Part shown: one piece after another, positions 58,842-64,000 of the stretch
Position numbering within the stretch: position 1 is the first letter of the stretch
Layout of the letters: every line of letters begins with the position of its first letter
Source of the DNA: Nitrospirota bacterium
Lineage (GTDB): Bacteria > Nitrospirota > Thermodesulfovibrionia > Thermodesulfovibrionales > JdFR-86
Length of the DNA stretch: 64,000 nt
NCBI GenBank assembly: GCA_963721805.1
Contig: CAVRJY010000001.1
Coordinates: 768,001 to 832,000 of the forward strand
Direction of reading: 5' to 3'
The notes under the pieces: model-generated
The model's input: the letters and a program-made list of their open reading frames with translations, nothing else
Told to the model about the DNA's origin: nothing
Database searches by the model: none
Made by a program: the position numbers and the translations under genes

Positions 58842-59424
58842 ACATATCAAGGGTGCTGCCGCGGCCATCGCCATGGCGTGCTCGGTGCTTTGCCTGTGCC
58901 CTTCGCTGTCAGCGGGGGCGCCGGCCGCCGGCAAGGCCCCGGCGGTCAGCAACTCCGCCGCGGTCGCGAACGCCCCGAAGCCGGGCTCGGAGCTCGGCAC
59001 CGGGCCGATGGTCATAACCTCGGCCACGTTTTCTACCGACCGCCAGGCCGGCACCGCGCTTTTTGAGGGCACGGTCGCGGCCAAGAACAACGACGTCACG
59101 CTGCACGCCGACAAGATGCTCGTCTATTACGCCGAAGGCGGTGACGTCACGCGCATAGACTCCACCGGCCACGTCAGCTTTGCGACAAAGGACGGTACGA
59201 TCACCTCCGACTACTCGGTCTATTACGCGGACGACAAGAGGCTAGTCTTCACCGGCGAGCCCAAGGCGGTCGAGGGCTCGAGCGTCGTCACCGGCAAGGA
59301 GATCGTCTACTACATCGACAAGGAAAAATACAACGTCAAGGGCAGCAAGGTCCTCTTCGTGGGCAAGAGGAAAGAGACCCAGCAGCAGCCTCAGGCGCAG
59401 CCTCAGCAACCACCACAAAAATAA
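58819..59424 (+). CDS. lptA: LPS transport periplasmic protein LptA
   Basis: Signal peptide, P.VITS, F.G.V.A, L.AD.M.VYY, G.P, VTG.EI.Y. Confidence 0.85.
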   Translation: MSERTSSKHIKGAAAAIAMACSVLCLCPSLSAGAPAAGKAPAVSNSAAVANAPKPGSELGTGPMVITSATFSTDRQAGTALFEGTVAAKNNDVTLHADKMLVYYAEGGDVTRIDSTGHVSFATKDGTITSDYSVYYADDKRLVFTGEPKAVEGSSVVTGKEIVYYIDKEKYNVKGSKVLFVGKRKETQQQPQAQPQQPPQK

Positions 59425-59436
59425 GGCGGGCCATAC

Positions 59437-60159
59437 ATGCATACACTTTCGGCCACCGGACTCTCGAAGAGCTACGACAAGAAGCTGATAATAAGTGACA
59501 TCAACGTCAGCGTACGCTCCGGCGAGATCGTCGGGCTCCTGGGCCCCAACGGCGCGGGCAAGACCACGACGTTTTACGGCATTGTGGGCATGGTCAGGCC
59601 CGACACCGGCACGATCACCCTCGACGGCGAGGACATAGGCGGCCTGCCGATGTACAAGCGATCTCTCAAGGGCCTGAGCTACCTGCCTCAGGAGCCCTCG
59701 GTCTTCAGGAAGCTTACGGTGCGCGACAACCTGCGCGCCGTGCTGGAGATCCGCGGCATCGAGGGCGGCGACATCGATGCGCGCATCGAGAAGCTGATAG
59801 AGGAGTTCGACATGCACAACTTCGCGGACCGCGAGAGCATCAGGCTCTCGGGCGGCGAGCGCAGGCGCACCGAGATCGCCCGCTGCCTGGCCACAGAGCC
59901 CAAGTTCATACTCTTTGACGAGCCGTTCGCTGGCATCGACCCTATAGCGATCATCGAGCTCAAGAAGATGCTCGCGTACCTGAGGGACTCCGGCCTGGGC
60001 ATCCTGATCACCGACCATAACGTGCGCGACACGCTCTCGATCACCGACCGGGCCTATATCCTTAGCGGCGGGGGCATATTGGACGAGGGCAATCCCGAGA
60101 TGCTGGTCGCGAACCCCAAGGTCCGGGACAACTACCTCGGCGAGGGTTTCTCTCTCTGA
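59437..60159 (+). CDS. lptB: LPS export ABC ATPase LptB
   Basis: GPNGAGKTT, YLPQE.S.FR.L, LSGGERRR, DEPFAGIDP, TDHNVR, YLGE.F. Confidence 0.96.
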   Translation: MHTLSATGLSKSYDKKLIISDINVSVRSGEIVGLLGPNGAGKTTTFYGIVGMVRPDTGTITLDGEDIGGLPMYKRSLKGLSYLPQEPSVFRKLTVRDNLRAVLEIRGIEGGDIDARIEKLIEEFDMHNFADRESIRLSGGERRRTEIARCLATEPKFILFDEPFAGIDPIAIIELKKMLAYLRDSGLGILITDHNVRDTLSITDRAYILSGGGILDEGNPEMLVANPKVRDNYLGEGFSL

Positions 60160-60198
60160 TGGCCGCAGCCTCAGGCATAAACGCGGAGGTCACGCGCG

Positions 60199-61650
60199 AT
60201 GGCGCTTGAGCAGCGCTTAGAGCTCAAGATGCTCCAGAAGCTGATCCTCACCCCGCAGCTTCAGCAGGCGATCAAGCTCCTGCAGATGCCCCAGCTTGAG
60301 CTCTCGCAGACCCTCCAGAGCGAGCTGACCGAAAACCCCTTCCTCGAAGAGACCACCGAGGAGCCGGTCCGCGAGGAGTCCGAGCAGGAGGTCCAGAACT
60401 CGCCCGAGTCCGACTCGCTGGCGATGGCCTCCGACGACGTCGAGACCCCGCTTGAGGGGCTGATGGGGTTTTCGGTGGACGATTATTTCGAGAGCCGGAG
60501 CTTCGACGGCCGCGACCTCGGGTACTTCACGCCGGACACTACCGCCTCGGAGACCGTCGAGCAGTTCATAAACGAGGGCGAGGGCCTGATCGAACACCTC
60601 AACTGGCAGCTCCGTATGTGCAAGGCCCCCGACAGGGTGCGCATCGCGGCCGAGACCGTGATCGGCAACATCGACGACCGCGGGTACCTGCAGTCCACCG
60701 GTGAAGAGATGTCGGGGAACGCCGGGCTGGCGCTGCAACTCATGAGAGAGGCGATCGCGCTCGTCCAGTCGTTCGACCCTTGCGGGGTCGGGGCACGGGA
60801 CCTCAGGGAGTGCCTGATACTTCAGCTAGGCCCGCTCGAATTGCGCGGGAGCATGGTAGAGCATATAATTCAAGATAACCTCGAAGACGTAGAGAAGCGC
60901 AGGTACCAGAAGATAGCGCAGCAGTACGCCTGCACGCTCGAGGACGTCAAACACGCGATACGCGTGATCGAGTCCCTCGAGCCCAAGCCCGGGCGCGGCA
61001 TGGCCGAGGCCTCGACGGTCTATATCAGGCCCGACGTCTACATAATCCGCGACGAGGAGGAGTTCCGCATAGTGCTCAACGACGAGAACATCCCGAACCT
61101 CAGGATAAACGGCTACTACCGCAAGCTCATGATGCAGAAAAACAGCCTCTCGAAGGAAGACCGCGATTTCCTCGAGGACAAGAAGCGCGCGGCCGAGTGG
61201 CTGTTAAAAAGCCTCGACCACCGGAACAAGACGATCTACCGCGTGACGCAGAGCATACTGAACTTCCAGCGCTCGTTTTTCTTTGAGGGCGTCTCGCGGC
61301 TGCGCCCCCTGAACCTCAAGGACGTGGCGCAGGAATTGGGCATGCACGAGAGCACCATCAGCCGCGCCACCTCGAGCAAGTACCTCTCGTGCGAGCACGG
61401 GATCTATAACTTCAAGTACTTCTTCTCCAGTGCGGTTAGCGTGGACACCGGGGCGGTCTCTTCGACCTCGGTAAAGGAGATAATAGGCAAGATCATCGGC
61501 GAGGAGGACATCAGAAAGCCCTGCAGCGATCAGAAGATCTCGGAGATGCTGAAGGAACGCCACAACATCACCGTGGCCCGCCGCACGGTCGCGAAATACC
61601 GCGAAGAGATGCAGATACAGCCGCAGAACCTGCGGAAGAAAATAGACTAA
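60199..61650 (+). CDS. rpoN: RNA polymerase sigma-54 factor
   Basis: PQLQQAIKLLQ, HESTISRA, RpoN box ARRTVAKYRE. Confidence 0.97.
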   Translation: MALEQRLELKMLQKLILTPQLQQAIKLLQMPQLELSQTLQSELTENPFLEETTEEPVREESEQEVQNSPESDSLAMASDDVETPLEGLMGFSVDDYFESRSFDGRDLGYFTPDTTASETVEQFINEGEGLIEHLNWQLRMCKAPDRVRIAAETVIGNIDDRGYLQSTGEEMSGNAGLALQLMREAIALVQSFDPCGVGARDLRECLILQLGPLELRGSMVEHIIQDNLEDVEKRRYQKIAQQYACTLEDVKHAIRVIESLEPKPGRGMAEASTVYIRPDVYIIRDEEEFRIVLNDENIPNLRINGYYRKLMMQKNSLSKEDRDFLEDKKRAAEWLLKSLDHRNKTIYRVTQSILNFQRSFFFEGVSRLRPLNLKDVAQELGMHESTISRATSSKYLSCEHGIYNFKYFFSSAVSVDTGAVSSTSVKEIIGKIIGEEDIRKPCSDQKISEMLKERHNITVARRTVAKYREEMQIQPQNLRKKID

Positions 61651-61671
61651 AAACCCAAAGGAGAACCCGCC

Positions 61672-62211
61672 ATGAACATCACGGTAAACGGCAGACACGT
61701 CGAGATCACACCGGCCCTCAGGAGCTACGCCGAGGACAAGATAGGGAAGTTCGACCGCTACTTCACGAACATCACGGGAGCGGTCGTCACCTTAAGCGTG
61801 CAGAAATACCTCCATACGGCCGAGGTCCTGCTGCACGCCAACGGCACCCTGATCCAGGCCCAGAGCACCACGAACGAGCTCTACTCGGCCATAGACGAGG
61901 TCGCTGACAAGCTCGACAGGCAGGTCAAGAAGCTCAAGGAGAAGGTCTCCTCGCACCGCAAGGGCGGCGAGGAGAAGGCCTCGGCCGCCGCGCCGGCCCC
62001 GAAGGCCTCGGCCGCCAAGGACGAGGAAGTCGGCGTGATCTTCAAGCGCGAGCGGTTCGACGCAAAGCCGATGTCGGCCGAGGACGGCGCGATGCAGATG
62101 GAGACGCTCGGCAGGGACTTCTTCGTGTTCATGAACTCCGAGACCAGCGAGATGAACGTGCTGTACAGGCGCACGGACGGCAACTACGGGCTTATCGAGC
62201 CCGCGAAATAA
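61672..62211 (+). CDS. hpf: Long-form ribosome hibernation promoting factor
   Basis: GRHVEITPALR.YA..K, LY.AID...KL.RQ, KPMS.E, V.YRR.DG.YGLIE. Confidence 0.94.
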   Translation: MNITVNGRHVEITPALRSYAEDKIGKFDRYFTNITGAVVTLSVQKYLHTAEVLLHANGTLIQAQSTTNELYSAIDEVADKLDRQVKKLKEKVSSHRKGGEEKASAAAPAPKASAAKDEEVGVIFKRERFDAKPMSAEDGAMQMETLGRDFFVFMNSETSEMNVLYRRTDGNYGLIEPAK

Positions 62212-62262
62212 CCGGCTCGGCACTGCCTGTGCGGGCGGCCCGGCGGGGTCGCATATAAGCTA

Positions 62263-63120
62263 TTGAAAAGCACCATAGTCATCATAAGCGGGCTCTCGGG
62301 CTCGGGGAAGACCGTGGCCCTCAGGGCCATGGAGGACGCGGGTTTCGTGTGCGTCGACAACCTCCCGCCCGAGCTCATAGACTCGCTCGCCTCGACCATA
62401 GTCGAGAAGGGCTCCCCCGCGCGCATCGCGGTAGGCGTGGACATCCGCGAGAAGGACTTCCTCAACACCGTCCGCGACGTCCTGCCCGCCCTGCGGCTGA
62501 AGTACGACCTGCGCATCCTGTTTCTGGAGGCCGAGCAGGACGTCCTGCTCAGGCGGTTCAAGGAGACTCGCAGGCCCCATCCGCTGATGGTCTCGGGCAT
62601 CCGGGACCTGCAGGACGCGCTGCGCGTCGAGCGGCCCCTGCTCGAGCCGCTCAGGGACGAGGCCGAGAAGGTGATCGAGACCGGAGCGCTCAGCCCCCAT
62701 CAGCTAAGGAGGCTCATACGCGAGATGTTCGAGCCCCAGACGAGCCCCGACAGATCGATGCGCGTGGCGCTCCTGTCTTTCGGGTTCAAGTTCGGCCTGC
62801 CGCAGCACGCGGACCTGGTCTTCGACGTCCGGTTCCTCCCGAACCCGTTTTTCGTGCCTGAGTTAAAGGACCTTGAAGGCACGCGCCGGGAGGTGCGGGA
62901 ATTCGTGCTCGGCAAGCCCGCGAGCGGGGAGTTCATCGAGAGGCTCTGCTCGATGCTGGATTTCCTGATCCCGCAATACGCGGCCGAGGGCAAGAGCTAC
63001 CTCACCGTGGCCATCGGCTGCACCGGGGGGGTACACCGCTCGGTCGTGATATGCGAGGAAGTGTCGCGGCGGCTCTCCGCGAAGTCCATCAACGCCGAAC
63101 TCGTGCATCGCGAGTTATAA
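62263..63120 (+). CDS. rapZ: RNase adapter RapZ
   Basis: SGLSGSGKT, VDNLP, ETRRPHPL, SFGFK.G, DVRFLPNP, GCTGG.HRSV. Confidence 0.95.
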   Translation: MKSTIVIISGLSGSGKTVALRAMEDAGFVCVDNLPPELIDSLASTIVEKGSPARIAVGVDIREKDFLNTVRDVLPALRLKYDLRILFLEAEQDVLLRRFKETRRPHPLMVSGIRDLQDALRVERPLLEPLRDEAEKVIETGALSPHQLRRLIREMFEPQTSPDRSMRVALLSFGFKFGLPQHADLVFDVRFLPNPFFVPELKDLEGTRREVREFVLGKPASGEFIERLCSMLDFLIPQYAAEGKSYLTVAIGCTGGVHRSVVICEEVSRRLSAKSINAELVHREL

Positions 63121-63162
63121 CCAATTGCCAACCTGCAGGCCTCAGAGGGCCGCAAAGGAAAA

Positions 63163-64000
63163 ATGATAATCACCGCTGAAGAGGGCGCCGGGCGCCTTGA
63201 TAAGTACCTCGTCGCTAAGAGCGGCCTTACCCGCTCGCGCATACAGTCAATGGTCGAGCACTCGCTTGTGCTCGTAAACGGAGAGCCCGCCGCGAGGGCG
63301 GGGCAGGCCGTCAGGGCCGGAGACCTGATTGAGCTGAGCGACGAGTCCCCCAACGAGGGCGTGCTCGTCGCCGAGGACCTGCCGCTTGAGGTCCTGTTCA
63401 TGGACGACGACCTCGCCGTCGTGAACAAGCCGGCCGGGATGGTCGTATATCCCGCGCCGGGGCATGCCTCGGGCACGCTGCTAAACGCGCTTGCATACCG
63501 CGCCCCGCACCTCGCCACCGTGGGCGCGCCGCTTCGGCCCGGCGTGGTGCACCGCCTCGACAGGGACACCTCGGGCGTCATGGTCGTGGCTCTAAGCGAC
63601 GAGGCGTACTATTCGCTGGTCGAGCAGTTCAGGCTCAAGGAGACCGGCAGGCGGTATATGGCTCTCCTATACGGCAAGCTGCCGACCTCGCGCGGCGAGA
63701 CCGACAAGCCGATAGGCCGCGCCTCCTCTGACAGAAAACGCATGTCGACCCACACGCGCCGCGGCAAGGAGGCCAAGACCTCGTGGCGCGTGATCGAGCG
63801 CCTGGGGCCGGCCACCCTTATTGAAGCAATACTAGGCACCGGCCGCACGCACCAGATACGCGTGCACATGACCTTCAGCGGCCACCCTGTGCTCGGCGAC
63901 CAGACGTACGGCAAGAAGACCTCGGTAATGCTGAAAAACGGGCTGAAGCTCACCTTCCCGCGCCAGATGCTCCATGCCCGCTCGCTCGCGTTCAGGCACC
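63163..64000 (+). CDS. rluD: RluA/RluD-family pseudouridine synthase, truncated by window end
   Basis: Translated from ATG 63163: RLDKYL (S4 domain), VNKPAGMVV, GTLLNAL, RPGVVHRLDRDTSG, TGRTHQIRVHM, HPVLGD. Confidence 0.92.
   Translation, partial: MIITAEEGAGRLDKYLVAKSGLTRSRIQSMVEHSLVLVNGEPAARAGQAVRAGDLIELSDESPNEGVLVAEDLPLEVLFMDDDLAVVNKPAGMVVYPAPGHASGTLLNALAYRAPHLATVGAPLRPGVVHRLDRDTSGVMVVALSDEAYYSLVEQFRLKETGRRYMALLYGKLPTSRGETDKPIGRASSDRKRMSTHTRRGKEAKTSWRVIERLGPATLIEAILGTGRTHQIRVHMTFSGHPVLGDQTYGKKTSVMLKNGLKLTFPRQMLHARSLAFRH

Overview
GC-rich chromosomal segment of an anaerobic bacterium. The gene set (dsrC-dsrT-dsrMKJOP, bacterial CODH/ACS, lptCAB, rpoN, multiheme cytochromes) suggests a diderm sulfur-cycling organism, probably Nitrospirota (Thermodesulfovibrionia-like) or Desulfobacterota; this is inferred, not searched. 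In order, the window holds: mltG-ispG-panC; a three-PAS histidine kinase broken by one in-frame TGA that is followed by a SECIS-like hairpin; a three-gene split glutamate synthase plus hemerythrin; two diguanylate cyclases; an M1 peptidase-ChaN-PDZ fusion; tRNA-Gln-prs-rplY-pth; acsE-acsD-acsC-acsB-cooS; a Met-rich lipoprotein and copA; dsrC-T-MKJOP-ferredoxin; propionyl-CoA synthetase; a SufR-like regulator; pgi; orphan atpZ-atpI; an 11-heme cytochrome; hemL; pheA-hisC-aroF-tyrA-aroA-cmk-ispH-rpsA-sppA-ihfB; a nitroreductase; and lptCAB-rpoN-hpf-rapZ-rluD. Several genes carry net +1 frameshifts that look like long-read insertion errors. Two unexplained signals stand out. (1) A ~250-bp intergenic element occurs twice in opposite orientation (47185-47442 and 58041-58289); its stems covary between copies and its 3' ends overlap promoter motifs. 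(2) The PAS kinase is a candidate selenocysteine-containing sensor.
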